From: a virus
Lineage: Duplodnaviria > Caudoviricetes
IMG/VR virus record: IMGVR_UViG_3300028888_000001
Strand: one strand, 5' to 3'
DNA length: 64,000 bases
In this document: piece by piece, positions 29,957 to 40,926 of the stretch
Layout of the letters: every line of letters starts with the position of its first letter
How positions within the stretch are numbered: the stretch's first letter is position 1
Notes under the pieces: model-generated
Database searches by the model: none
Told to the model about the DNA's origin: nothing
Seen by the model: only the letters and a program-made list of their open reading frames with translations
Program-made: the position numbers and the translations under genes

Positions 29957-32659
29957 GTGATATATATGAGATATAAAAGTATAGAGCTTATAAATTATGC
30001 TGGTATATACAACGGCATGCAACTTACACAAATAAATATAGATTTTACTCAATGCGTATCTAATAAGATTATCATTAGAGGGTCAAATGGTTCTGGTAAA
30101 TCTACACTTATAAATGCTATAAACCCCAACCCAGATTCTAATGATAAATTTATTCCAGGAGCTGAAGCTAGAAAAACTTTAGTTTTATCTGATGGCTTTA
30201 CAGATTATGTAATTAGATATATCCATCCAGTAACACAATCTGGTAGAGGTACAACTAAAGGTTATATATCTAAGACTATAAATGGGCAGTTAGTAGAATT
30301 AAATCCAAATGGAAATATATCTTCCTGTAAAGATATTTTATATGATGAATTTGGTTTAGATTCTTCATATATAAGCTTATCACAATTATCATCTGAAGAT
30401 CGTGGATTAGTAGATAAAAAACCAGTAGAGAGAAAAAAGCTTATAAATAGTATAACAAATTCTCTTGATACTTATAATAATATTTATAAAGCTGTGAGTA
30501 AAAAATCTTCTATATTAAAGAATCTTATTAATAATATAACTAATAAGATCGATATGATAGGAGATGAAACCAAAGTTATAGCAGCTTTAAATAATATAGA
30601 ACAGAAGATTCAAATATTAGAGCAAGAACGAGATACTACCATAGAAGCTATAGCGTCTGTAAAATTAAAGCTAAACGAGGCTCAACAGAATTTAGATGAT
30701 AATAAATATGATGAAATAGTCACAGAGCTAGCTATGGTAGCAAAAATGGTTAATTCTTCTATGAAATCTATACAGGAATTTTTAAATAAGCATTCTATAG
30801 AATCTATAGATAAATTAATAGCTTTTTTAGCTTCTGTAGATAAAAATATTATAATCTTAGAATCTGAGATAGATGCATTAAATTTAAAAATACCGGCTTT
30901 GTTGTTGGACAGAGAAAATGAGCTAAAGCAATTACAAGAAAAACAGCATAAATTAAATTCTCTTCAGGGAGAATATAATTATGCTGAGCTTAAAACGGCT
31001 ATAGAAACATCTGAAGAAAAATTAAAAGAATATGAATCTATATTTACTCGAATGGGGTTAATGAATATAGATATAATAACTAAAGATGAATTTGATTATG
31101 CTATGGAGTCTTTAAAGTCTCTCAAAGAAATGGGCATTGCTCTCACATCATTATATGATAATCAATATCTAGTTAACTTTATAAGTAATAGAGCAGAGAT
31201 ATTAAACCTAATAAGTCAAATTCCATCTTTAAAACAGCAAGCAGAATCATTACAGCAATCATTATCTAATCTAGAGAAAACAGAAATAGAAGCAAGAGCA
31301 AAACGAGACATAGCAAAAGCATTATCTAAACGACCATCTGGGTGTACTATAGATGATTGTCCATATATATCATCTGCAATATTAGCCGAAACCGAATGGT
31401 CAGAGGAAAGATATATTGATTTAATAAATAAAATAAAAGAAAATGATAGTGCTTTAACAAGTATAAACGATAATTTATCTAAAGCGTTAGTATATCAGGA
31501 AATCAATCTCAGAGTTACAGCAATAGAACGTGAGCTTAATTCAAAAATAAAAATGATATTAAAGCTTCCGATAAGAAAAGATTTTCAACATACATTTATA
31601 CAAAGAGTAATTAGCGGAGATAATTTCAAAGATATAGATGATTTGTATAAATTTATAGATTGTGGTAATATGATAGAAGAATACAAACTAGAGAAGAAAC
31701 AGTTTGAAGTTTATATGTCTGAATTTAGTATTTATAAATCTAAAAATGACATAATTGAATCTATCATAAGTGATATAGAAATTCTTCAAAATAAAATAGA
31801 AGATATTGCTAATAGCATCAATGCGGCTAATAATGATATACTTGAAAAGAAAACTAAAATAGAAGAATTGAAAAGTGTAAAAACTGCTCTGGGGAATACA
31901 TTATCCAAATACAATGATGTATATCAACCAAATAAAAACAGGCAAGATGAGTTACAGCATTTAAAAGAATCGTTAGATTTTGCTGTAGTGCAAATGCAGA
32001 CTTTAAGACAACAACAAGATCAGCTAAATAAAAATCTAGGCTCTGTAAATTCTGATATTAAGAATCTATCTGAAAGGAGAGACAGTCTTAAGCATTCTTT
32101 AGTTATGCTTAATGATTATAAGATAGAGCTGGATAAATACAATAAAGAGTACATGCTAATAGAGAAAGTTAGATATTATGCAAGCCCAAACACTGGTATT
32201 CAATCTATCTTTATAGGGCTTTACATGAATAAGGCTTTGTCTTTAGCAAATGAATTATTATCTATGCTTTTCAATGGTGAATTTATATTGGAGCCATTTA
32301 TAGTAAATGAAACAGAGTTTAGAATTCCATGTCGTGGTGAAGGCTTAAGCCATGATGATATAAGCTCTATGTCAACTGCACAGAAGACAGCTATAAGCAT
32401 GATTATATCATTTGCTTTATTGCATCAATCATCAACTAAGTATAATATAATTTGCTTAGATGAAGCTGATGGTGGATATGATTCTTTGAATAGATCTCAG
32501 TTTATTAATCTATTGGATAGATTAATGAGTATATTAAACTGTGAGCAAGCTTTTATGATTTCTCATAATAATGAGATAGATACATCTGCTTGCGATATGA
32601 TTTGTTTAAAGAATACATCATCTGAGTTGATAAATGGTCATATTATATGGAAATTTTAA
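29957..32659 (+). CDS. sbcC: SbcC/Rad50-like SMC ATPase
   Basis: Walker A GSNGSGKST, long coiled coil with central C..C hook, signature MSTAQ, Walker B LDEAD, ISH. Confidence 0.9.
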   Translation: MIYMRYKSIELINYAGIYNGMQLTQINIDFTQCVSNKIIIRGSNGSGKSTLINAINPNPDSNDKFIPGAEARKTLVLSDGFTDYVIRYIHPVTQSGRGTTKGYISKTINGQLVELNPNGNISSCKDILYDEFGLDSSYISLSQLSSEDRGLVDKKPVERKKLINSITNSLDTYNNIYKAVSKKSSILKNLINNITNKIDMIGDETKVIAALNNIEQKIQILEQERDTTIEAIASVKLKLNEAQQNLDDNKYDEIVTELAMVAKMVNSSMKSIQEFLNKHSIESIDKLIAFLASVDKNIIILESEIDALNLKIPALLLDRENELKQLQEKQHKLNSLQGEYNYAELKTAIETSEEKLKEYESIFTRMGLMNIDIITKDEFDYAMESLKSLKEMGIALTSLYDNQYLVNFISNRAEILNLISQIPSLKQQAESLQQSLSNLEKTEIEARAKRDIAKALSKRPSGCTIDDCPYISSAILAETEWSEERYIDLINKIKENDSALTSINDNLSKALVYQEINLRVTAIERELNSKIKMILKLPIRKDFQHTFIQRVISGDNFKDIDDLYKFIDCGNMIEEYKLEKKQFEVYMSEFSIYKSKNDIIESIISDIEILQNKIEDIANSINAANNDILEKKTKIEELKSVKTALGNTLSKYNDVYQPNKNRQDELQHLKESLDFAVVQMQTLRQQQDQLNKNLGSVNSDIKNLSERRDSLKHSLVMLNDYKIELDKYNKEYMLIEKVRYYASPNTGIQSIFIGLYMNKALSLANELLSMLFNGEFILEPFIVNETEFRIPCRGEGLSHDDISSMSTAQKTAISMIISFALLHQSSTKYNIICLDEADGGYDSLNRSQFINLLDRLMSILNCEQAFMISHNNEIDTSACDMICLKNTSSELINGHIIWKF

Positions 32660-32750
32660 AATAATAAATCATTCCAGTGGGGTTTAACCCCCACTGGTTT
32701 TGTTTAGCATAATTTTTATTTAACTTAACAATAAGCAGGAGGATAAAATT

Positions 32751-33050
32751 ATGCAAACAAAGAAAATTTTAACCGCAAAAGCGGTAGATAAATTAAAAAT
32801 AAAAAAAGCTGCATTGCAGCAGCAGATCTATATTTGTAGAGCCGATAAATCCAGATTAAATACGTGTTTAGATTTAGCATTCAAAAATAAAAGTTATTCA
32901 CATTTATCAAAAGAAAGTCCTATTAAATTAGTTAATGAGTTATATCAAACAAATCAAAAGCTCAATAGCTTAAGAGACCAGGTTGATACTATAAATAAGA
33001 AATTATATAATAGAGAGGAAGCTATAAAATCTGCAAATTATAATACATAA
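32751..33050 (+). CDS. Hypothetical coiled-coil protein
   Basis: AGGAGG RBS. Confidence 0.7.
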   Translation: MQTKKILTAKAVDKLKIKKAALQQQIYICRADKSRLNTCLDLAFKNKSYSHLSKESPIKLVNELYQTNQKLNSLRDQVDTINKKLYNREEAIKSANYNT

Positions 33051-33100
33051 TGATATGACAAAATATACCGGTAGGGATAACGCCCCTACCGGTATATAAT

Positions 33101-34063
33101 TTAAAATTTATTTATTGTAGAATCAATGCCTGAATTGTTAATAACTATTAAAGGATAAGTGGCATTTCTATGCTTATCAACAGCAACACCATTTCTAACA
33201 TTTAGATCTAGCTCATATATATCATCATTGCTAGGAACTTCTATCCCTTGAAGCGGTTGCCCTGTAGATTTATCTATACAAGCATACCATCTATTGCCTG
33301 TAGATTCATCATAATAAACCACAGTTTCAATTAATCCTTGAGATTCATATAGCATTCTCTTTCCAGCTGGATCTAATGATTGCTCCCATGAGCCTGTATT
33401 ATCAGCATAACCACCGATTACAGCTCTATCATACATTTGACCTGCACCCACCATAGTTGTGTCCATAATAGACGGTCCTAACGGTGTTGTTTGTCCTATA
33501 GGAGTAGAAATGAAAGCATTATACATATTAGCAATTCTTGTGTTATCATCCTCTTCAGATTGCTGAAGCATCTTTAGGTCTTTGATTCTTCTAATTTCCA
33601 TATTATTAATATCATTAATAGTCTTATTCTTTTCTTTAATTGCAGAAAGCTTAGCATTGATAATACCAACAGCGTTTTCTGTCATATCATTTATATAATT
33701 ATATTTATTTTTTAGAGTCTTGGAAGCTCTAATCATCTGCAAGTCGCTAAGAGTTTCAGCTCCAAGCATATCTAGTTGTCTAATAGCATCATCTAATTGC
33801 ATATTAGTCTCTGTATATGCAGTTTGATATGGTATATTTTGTTGAATATATGACATAGATGATTCTGGCTTTATTGGAGTTAAAATTTCTACAGAACCAT
33901 CATCTGATTTCTTTTTTGTTTTAGCTCTAACTGGCTTTATAGATGTACTTGTATTATCGTCTATGGTGATTAGTTTATTATTCTTTTCTTCGGCTGAACC
34001 TTTAATGAATGAATTTATATTAAATCCAATATCTTCTTCTTTCTTTTTAGCCATTTTATCCAT
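33101..34063 (-). CDS. Hypothetical protein, late-promoter gene
   Basis: GGAGG RBS; AACA-N6-TAAT at 34106-34119. Confidence 0.8.
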   Translation of the reverse strand: MDKMAKKKEEDIGFNINSFIKGSAEEKNNKLITIDDNTSTSIKPVRAKTKKKSDDGSVEILTPIKPESSMSYIQQNIPYQTAYTETNMQLDDAIRQLDMLGAETLSDLQMIRASKTLKNKYNYINDMTENAVGIINAKLSAIKEKNKTINDINNMEIRRIKDLKMLQQSEEDDNTRIANMYNAFISTPIGQTTPLGPSIMDTTMVGAGQMYDRAVIGGYADNTGSWEQSLDPAGKRMLYESQGLIETVVYYDESTGNRWYACIDKSTGQPLQGIEVPSNDDIYELDLNVRNGVAVDKHRNATYPLIVINNSGIDSTINKF

Positions 34064-34402
34064 AAACCTCCTAACGATTATATATTATAAAAATGCAAGC
34101 AATTGATTATATCAATGTTTTAGGAGGTATATTAAAAAACAATACTTATACAGGTGCGGTCAGGCGCACCTGTGTATGAAAGGTTTGGGGTTGTTATATC
34201 TGGAACAGAGGAAGTTTCACTATGAAAATAACACACTTATCATGGCAAGTAATAAGTTTACATTATGCATATACCCTGACATATATTGCATTTATAATTA
34301 TGTTTCTACGATAATAGAAAAATAATATATGGAGCACATCTATATAAATTAGATGATAATAAGAAGTTTAATAATAATAAATAATGTAATATAAAGAGGT
34401 AA

Positions 34403-36334
34403 TTGAAAATGGATTTTAAACCGATATTAAAGAATGTTCCTCTTGGAGCTAATGTTACATTAGTAAATACAGTATATATAAGACCACAAAAAATAATAGA
34501 CGAACAGACTTCTAAACCAAAGTACACTGATGATTTTCTATATATTGTGTATAGGAATCTAGACACTGGAGAAAAATCACATGAGTTAATTAGATGCCCT
34601 GAATATACATATTATCTTACTAACGAGGGAGTCTCATATGGATATAATAGACTCTTTACAGATAAATCTGATGTACATCCAATAACATGTAGATTTACAG
34701 ATTTAAAACGTTCAATAGCATCAAACACAAATAATCTAGAGTGGTTTAAAGAAAATCTACAAAATGGTAATTATAGATTAAACGATAAGTTGTTACAATT
34801 ACCGTGTGTTTTCTTAGCAGATATGAATATCGAAGATCACTATAGATTCTGGTTCTCTTTACAGTATAAGAATGAACCATATACGCCAACTAAATTATAT
34901 TTCGATATTGAAGCAGATACTATAAAAATGAAAGGAGACTTTCCTGAACCTGGTGAGTGCCCTGTTAATGCGATTACATTAGTAGATGATACTAATTTCG
35001 TTGTTTATACGTTATTATTAGATAATTATAATAATGATCAAATCTATCCATTTATGGAAAGAGAGAATCTTTCTGAAGAAATAAAAGCATTTATTAGGGA
35101 GCATGTTGGTGGCTGGAAAGAAGAAATCAGATATGGACTAGATAAGTTTCAATATAAAATAGCTTTATTTGATGAGGAGATTAAACTAATAAAAATAGCT
35201 TTCGATATAATCAATAAAGTTAATGCTGATTTTACATTGGCGTGGAATATAGCATTCGACTTGCCATATTTAATACAGAGAATATATAATCTTGGATACG
35301 ATCCAGCAGAGATTATTTGTCCTAAAGACTTTGAAATTAAATATGTGCAATATTTTATAGATAGAAAAGCTGACAAGTTTGCAGAGCGTGGTGATAATGC
35401 TATTATAACTTGCGAAACTGTTTATATGGATCAGCTTATATTATTCGCATCTCGTCGTAAAGGACAACGAGATTTAGGATCTTTTAAGCTTGATTATATA
35501 GGCGGCGTTGTAGCCGATGTTGGCAAATTAGATTATTCTGATATTACTACAAATATATCTAAATTACCATATTTAGATTATCATACATTTGTGTTTTATA
35601 ATATCGCTGATACTATAGTGCAACTATGCATAGAGCATAAAATAAATGATGTTGATTTTGTATTTACAAAAGCTTTATCTGTAAACACAAGATATTCTAA
35701 AGTACATAGACAGACTACATATTTGATCAATAGAGGTATATATGATTTTTATAATATGGGTTATGTGATGGGCGCAAATGTCAATAAAGATAACCCTAAA
35801 GAAAAATTTCCTGGAGCATTTGTGGCAGACCCATTATTAGTATCAGACAAAGCAAAACTCAAAGTTAATGGAATTCCTGTAAATATAATTCCAAATGCAG
35901 ACGATTTCGATTTTAAAGCACTATACCCCTCAATTATTGATCAAAATAATATGGCTCCAAATACTATGCATGGGAAGATATTCTTACCTGAGCAAGTAGA
36001 TCCTAAAGAAGATAGGTTTAATAATGAAGATTTTGATAGAACGTCATGGTTTATCGAAGACCTTATATCTGGAGACGTAATAGATTTTTGTGTTAGATAT
36101 TTGTCTATGGCTGGATATGAGGAGTTGTATGATGACATAATAAATTATTATATGAATAAGATGAATGCATATGATGGTTTATTTGAATCTAATACGTTAA
36201 CTCATAAACGTTATATGATAGATCCTATAGTGGATAACACTAAAAAACGTCCTATGATAGAGCTAGTAGATAATTCTAAAAACCGTGAGATGATTGTCAT
36301 ACAGGAGAAAATACCTAAATGGGAGCAGAATTAA
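34403..36334 (+). CDS. Split family-B DNA polymerase, 3'-5' exonuclease plus motif A subunit
   Basis: ExoI YFDIE, ExoII AWNIAFD, ExoIII YNIAD, motif A DFKALYPS. Confidence 0.9.
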   Translation: MKMDFKPILKNVPLGANVTLVNTVYIRPQKIIDEQTSKPKYTDDFLYIVYRNLDTGEKSHELIRCPEYTYYLTNEGVSYGYNRLFTDKSDVHPITCRFTDLKRSIASNTNNLEWFKENLQNGNYRLNDKLLQLPCVFLADMNIEDHYRFWFSLQYKNEPYTPTKLYFDIEADTIKMKGDFPEPGECPVNAITLVDDTNFVVYTLLLDNYNNDQIYPFMERENLSEEIKAFIREHVGGWKEEIRYGLDKFQYKIALFDEEIKLIKIAFDIINKVNADFTLAWNIAFDLPYLIQRIYNLGYDPAEIICPKDFEIKYVQYFIDRKADKFAERGDNAIITCETVYMDQLILFASRRKGQRDLGSFKLDYIGGVVADVGKLDYSDITTNISKLPYLDYHTFVFYNIADTIVQLCIEHKINDVDFVFTKALSVNTRYSKVHRQTTYLINRGIYDFYNMGYVMGANVNKDNPKEKFPGAFVADPLLVSDKAKLKVNGIPVNIIPNADDFDFKALYPSIIDQNNMAPNTMHGKIFLPEQVDPKEDRFNNEDFDRTSWFIEDLISGDVIDFCVRYLSMAGYEELYDDIINYYMNKMNAYDGLFESNTLTHKRYMIDPIVDNTKKRPMIELVDNSKNREMIVIQEKIPKWEQN

Positions 36335-36942
36335 TAATACCAGTAAGCGATATATTTTATATACTAGAGATTTCTAAAGCACTTAAGCAGAGAACCATCA
36401 TGTGGTATCAAGATTATGTAATTGGAATGGATTCTGATGATTACATAATTTATTATAAAATAGATTCTACTAAGATTAATGTAAGGCCTATAGTGGGCCT
36501 TATAGTTAATCAACGTGAATTATCAGCATTTACAAAAACTATAACAACAGAGTTTGAGTTTAAGATAGATATTATAGCAATAAACTTTAGTACTCTATTA
36601 ACGACTTTAAATGGAACTCTAAAGGTTGATGTGAATACTTCATTTATAAATAATAAGATGATGTTTATCGGATTTAATAATAGATTCATTAATTCTAAAG
36701 AAGATGATATGAGTAATATTATAGATTTTATGTATAGTATGAATAAATCATCCGGAGTAAGATTGTTTAAGTACGATGATAATCATATACTGACTTTATT
36801 TGGTGGGCTATTACCATTAACCAAATCAGATAAGATTTTCTTAAGTATAATAGATGATATCAACGAAACATTCTTAGCTCGATTTAGAATTAAGAAAAAG
36901 CTAGGTGACGTAATAATAATTTTAAAATATATGAAAATTTGA
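36319..36942 (+). CDS. Hypothetical protein overlapping polymerase end (possible replication accessory)
   Basis: AGGAG RBS inside pol gene, beta-rich. Confidence 0.7.
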   Translation: MGAELIIPVSDIFYILEISKALKQRTIMWYQDYVIGMDSDDYIIYYKIDSTKINVRPIVGLIVNQRELSAFTKTITTEFEFKIDIIAINFSTLLTTLNGTLKVDVNTSFINNKMMFIGFNNRFINSKEDDMSNIIDFMYSMNKSSGVRLFKYDDNHILTLFGGLLPLTKSDKIFLSIIDDINETFLARFRIKKKLGDVIIILKYMKI

Positions 36943-36957
36943 TTTGGAGGGCTAGAA

Positions 36958-37518
36958 ATGGAACAGGAAAAAATTAATGCATTAGTAAATTCTATAAATG
37001 GTATTATTAAAGAAATAGCTTTAACAGCTAAGTCTCAAGAGTATAATATAATTCAAGTATATAATAATTCATTTCTAGCCCTACAAGCATTAAATGCTTG
37101 TATATTAAATTTATTACAAAATAATCCAAAAGATAAACAGCTTATTTTATATAAATTAGTTACAGATGATCTGATAAAAAGCTATACGCTTATAACAGAA
37201 GAGAACCAAAAAGCTAATTCTGTTGTTACATATAGAATATCTAGATATTGCGAAGAGTTTCTTAAATTTGTTTTTACGGAAAATGATAATATAAGATGGA
37301 TGATCAAATTCAGAACTCAATATTTAGATAACGTTTTATCTACATCTGATTTAATACGAAATTGTGTTAAAGAACGTAGAAAATTGAATATAAGTGATAA
37401 TGAAGATAAATATAAAACTGCGTTTATAAATATTTATCTTGATGGCGAAGATATCACTAAAGGCAATGAATTTAGAATCGAGATGGTCATGAATTATGTG
37501 ACTGACATACAACTTTAA
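36958..37518 (+). CDS. Hypothetical protein
   Basis: GGAGG RBS. Confidence 0.75.
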   Translation: MEQEKINALVNSINGIIKEIALTAKSQEYNIIQVYNNSFLALQALNACILNLLQNNPKDKQLILYKLVTDDLIKSYTLITEENQKANSVVTYRISRYCEEFLKFVFTENDNIRWMIKFRTQYLDNVLSTSDLIRNCVKERRKLNISDNEDKYKTAFINIYLDGEDITKGNEFRIEMVMNYVTDIQL

Positions 37519-37593
37519 ACGAGTGTATTTCTTTTTGTTTAATAAGTACCCCGAAACATGAGATTAAATTACACTCGAAAGGAGCATTAAAAT

Positions 37594-39942
37594 ATGGCTG
37601 ATGATAAGCAAATTAGATTAGGGCCAATTAAAAGGCTCGCTAATCTTATTCAGGGTAATAACGATGCTCTATATAAAACAACGTATTATTCTGATCCTAC
37701 AAATAGACAGCAGCTGCAGGCGTTGAAAACAGATATCACAAATACAATTAAAGATATTATGACCAATAGTACAGATAATACTGGACAACCAAATATCTCT
37801 AAATTGTATGAAAGATTATTGCTTGGGTTTCAAAACGATAAGAGCACTGTAGATGATTTTGAACGTATATTTAGCGATAATGATTTTGTCAATAACCTTA
37901 CGGCTTCTTACCTAGACAATAGATGGGTAAGAGCAGTAGATATGGAAATCGACGAGATACTAAAATATATGCCAAAACTACAAGAAGCTTTGGATACTAT
38001 TACAGATAACGTTCTCTCTGCAGATAGCTTCTCTAAAGACTTTTTAAATATAAAAAATACTCTTAGCAATGGTGATACTACAACAGAGCAATTTGATAAG
38101 AATGTAGAGGATCTTAAAAAAGATTATAAACTTCTTAAGTTGATAAAAGAAATATATGAGGACACCAGCAAATATGGTGAATGCTTTATATACTGTGTGC
38201 CATACGACAAAGCAATACAGAAATTGTTAAATAAGAAGTTTGACAATCGTAATGTAGTTGTTAAAACTAATTTCGGCGAGGGTACGATTATAACTGAGTC
38301 TGCAGAGATGGGAAAATCTAAAGTAGATATACCGGATGGATATCAATTAGATAATTCTGTAGACAATTTTAATATGAATATCACCATAGAATCTGGTATA
38401 ATTTCTTCTGTTGTAAATACAGAGAAAGCCGCTAGAGAAAAACTACAGAAAGTTAATGAGCAATCTATTTATCATGAAGCTATAGACAGCTATGATAATT
38501 TAGGAAGAACAGCATGGGCTTATAATAGAACAATGGATGTAGATGCTAATCTTGGTTCTAAATATCCTAAGCATACTAGATTTGATCAAACCTTAGGAGA
38601 TTCTTTAGAATTGCCAGATGATGCAAATATTTCAGCACAAGATGGATTAACAATGACAAATAAAAATGGAAAAATAAAATCCATGAATGGTGTTATTGTT
38701 AAGAAGCTTAAAAGAGACCGTGTAGTTCCAATTATTATAAATGATATTTGTCTTGGATATTACTATTTTGAATTTGATAATGATCTTCAATTATTTGATG
38801 AGAAGCAATCCTCCACTGGTATGGTAAATACTATTACTGGTTTAAGATCCAATGGAAGATCAGAAGCTTTTGATTCAATGGAGCGTCGTATGCAACTATT
38901 GAGAAGTATTGCTTCTCAGCTTGCGGATAAGATAGATAACAAATTTGTAGACAATAACCAAGATCTTAAAAAAGAAATTTATTATATTCTTAAGTATAAT
39001 GATGATTTTGCTTCAAATGCTAGTGCTTTAAATAATATTAGGGTATCATATATTCCACCGGATGATATTCATCATGTGTATTTTGATATCAATGAAGATA
39101 CCGGTAGAGGAGTATCAGATCTTATGCTTTCTCTAGTTCCGGCTAAATTATGGGTTGCTATTTATGTAACTAATTGCTTGGCTATAATGACTAGAGGCAA
39201 TGATAAGAGAGTTTATTATGTCAGACAATCTGTAGAATCTAATATAAGTAAGACTCTATTGAAGACTATAAATGAAATTAAGAAATCTAACTTTGGTATT
39301 AGACAGATTGAGAATATCAACTCTGTTCTTAATATCACTGGTAGATTTAATGACTATATTATTCCTAGAGGCGCAGATGGGCAATCTCCAATTGAATTTG
39401 AAGTTATGCAGGGTCAGCAGATAGAAATAAAAACAGAATTATTAAATCTGCTAGAAGAATCTGCAATTAATCCAACTGGCGTACCAATAGAGATAATTCA
39501 AAATAGACAATCTCCAGACTATGTTATGCAGCTTACAATGTCTAACTCTAAATTCTTAAGATTTGTATATGATAGGCAATCTCAATTCCAAGAGATCATT
39601 AGCCCATTATTAACAAAGATTTATGATTTAGAGTACGCTACCAAAGACATGGTAACGTTATTACTACCACCGCCATTATTTATCAATGTGACTAACACTA
39701 ATCAGCTTATAGTTAATACTAACGAATATTGTGATAATATAGTTAATATTATATGTGCTGATGAGCAAGATGATCAAGTTAAGAATAAATTTGCTAAAGA
39801 ATTAAAGATTTATTCTCTTGGATCATATTTAAATATGGCTAACATTATGGAGATTTATAACAAAGCTAAACAGAATGTTACAATGGATGCCATGAAGCAG
39901 AATATAAATTCTGATGACGTAGGTGGCGATGACAATTATTAA
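37594..39942 (+). CDS. Portal protein (T4 gp20-like)
   Basis: P.LQEALDTITD, YGECF, IMTRGNDKRVYYV resemble T4-type portal motifs; late promoter at 37555. Confidence 0.75.
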   Translation: MADDKQIRLGPIKRLANLIQGNNDALYKTTYYSDPTNRQQLQALKTDITNTIKDIMTNSTDNTGQPNISKLYERLLLGFQNDKSTVDDFERIFSDNDFVNNLTASYLDNRWVRAVDMEIDEILKYMPKLQEALDTITDNVLSADSFSKDFLNIKNTLSNGDTTTEQFDKNVEDLKKDYKLLKLIKEIYEDTSKYGECFIYCVPYDKAIQKLLNKKFDNRNVVVKTNFGEGTIITESAEMGKSKVDIPDGYQLDNSVDNFNMNITIESGIISSVVNTEKAAREKLQKVNEQSIYHEAIDSYDNLGRTAWAYNRTMDVDANLGSKYPKHTRFDQTLGDSLELPDDANISAQDGLTMTNKNGKIKSMNGVIVKKLKRDRVVPIIINDICLGYYYFEFDNDLQLFDEKQSSTGMVNTITGLRSNGRSEAFDSMERRMQLLRSIASQLADKIDNKFVDNNQDLKKEIYYILKYNDDFASNASALNNIRVSYIPPDDIHHVYFDINEDTGRGVSDLMLSLVPAKLWVAIYVTNCLAIMTRGNDKRVYYVRQSVESNISKTLLKTINEIKKSNFGIRQIENINSVLNITGRFNDYIIPRGADGQSPIEFEVMQGQQIEIKTELLNLLEESAINPTGVPIEIIQNRQSPDYVMQLTMSNSKFLRFVYDRQSQFQEIISPLLTKIYDLEYATKDMVTLLLPPPLFINVTNTNQLIVNTNEYCDNIVNIICADEQDDQVKNKFAKELKIYSLGSYLNMANIMEIYNKAKQNVTMDAMKQNINSDDVGGDDNY

Positions 39943-40009
39943 TAAAAATAAAATTTTCAAAATATATAGAGGGTGGATTTCTCCACCCTCTATTAAATAA
40001 TCAATTATG

Positions 40010-40690
40010 TTAAATCTTATCTTTATCTGGAAGCATCTCGTATGCTTCAATGATTTTATCGTTAATGACTAGATTAACGAATTTATCTTGTGCTGCAATC
40101 TCAAGCTTTCTCTCTTCGTTTGCTTTGATGAAGTCTTGCGGATTATCTATGTCTAGGCTATAATCAGTACCGTGATCGAATTCCCAGTATGGTGTTCGAT
40201 CTATTAACTTAGATAGAGTTTCAGCTTCAAAGATTCCAGTTTTTATAGTTTCATGAGTTCTCATAAACCACGCAAATCTCACTGCTGCTTTAAGACAACT
40301 AATTTCTGTATAACCTTTATTGGATGTCCTATCTAAAAGCTTATACCGACATTCGCCGTTCCATTTTTCTTTATTAAACTTCTTATCAAAATAATTATAT
40401 AACTGGAGAACTTGCTCTGAAAGCAGACTATTGAAAAAATCATTACATAGAACCACTATAGACTGCTTTTGTTTATAGTCGATTCTTTCATAATACTCTT
40501 GCCTATATCCAATTGTGTCGATAAACGTTATAGCGTCTCTCACTGCAGGTAGATTTTGTCTAGTATAAAACGATGGCTGGCTAATCTGGTCTATATAATC
40601 TTGCAGTTTATCAATTACGGTTATGTATTCGCTGTTGATAGATTTTAATAATGAATCGATTATAATATTGTCTTCCCATTTGTTATCCAT
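40010..40690 (-). CDS. Hypothetical early protein
   Basis: AAGGAG RBS, early-type promoter at 40749. Confidence 0.75.
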   Translation of the reverse strand: MDNKWEDNIIIDSLLKSINSEYITVIDKLQDYIDQISQPSFYTRQNLPAVRDAITFIDTIGYRQEYYERIDYKQKQSIVVLCNDFFNSLLSEQVLQLYNYFDKKFNKEKWNGECRYKLLDRTSNKGYTEISCLKAAVRFAWFMRTHETIKTGIFEAETLSKLIDRTPYWEFDHGTDYSLDIDNPQDFIKANEERKLEIAAQDKFVNLVINDKIIEAYEMLPDKDKI

Positions 40691-40926
40691 CTTATTGCTC
40701 TCCTTTAATTTTTTATTTATATATAATGCACATGAAGTGTATCATGTTTATAATATATAAATAAAAAATTAATTACTTAAAAGCCTTCATTATTAAGCTT
40801 TATCTCCAGTTCCGCCACCATCCAATTGATTTGATATTATATACATCAATAATATAGAGCACGGATCATCACACTTTAATAATTTTTTACCAAGTCAATC
40901 TACTTGTTTCTACTTAAAGCCTGCTT

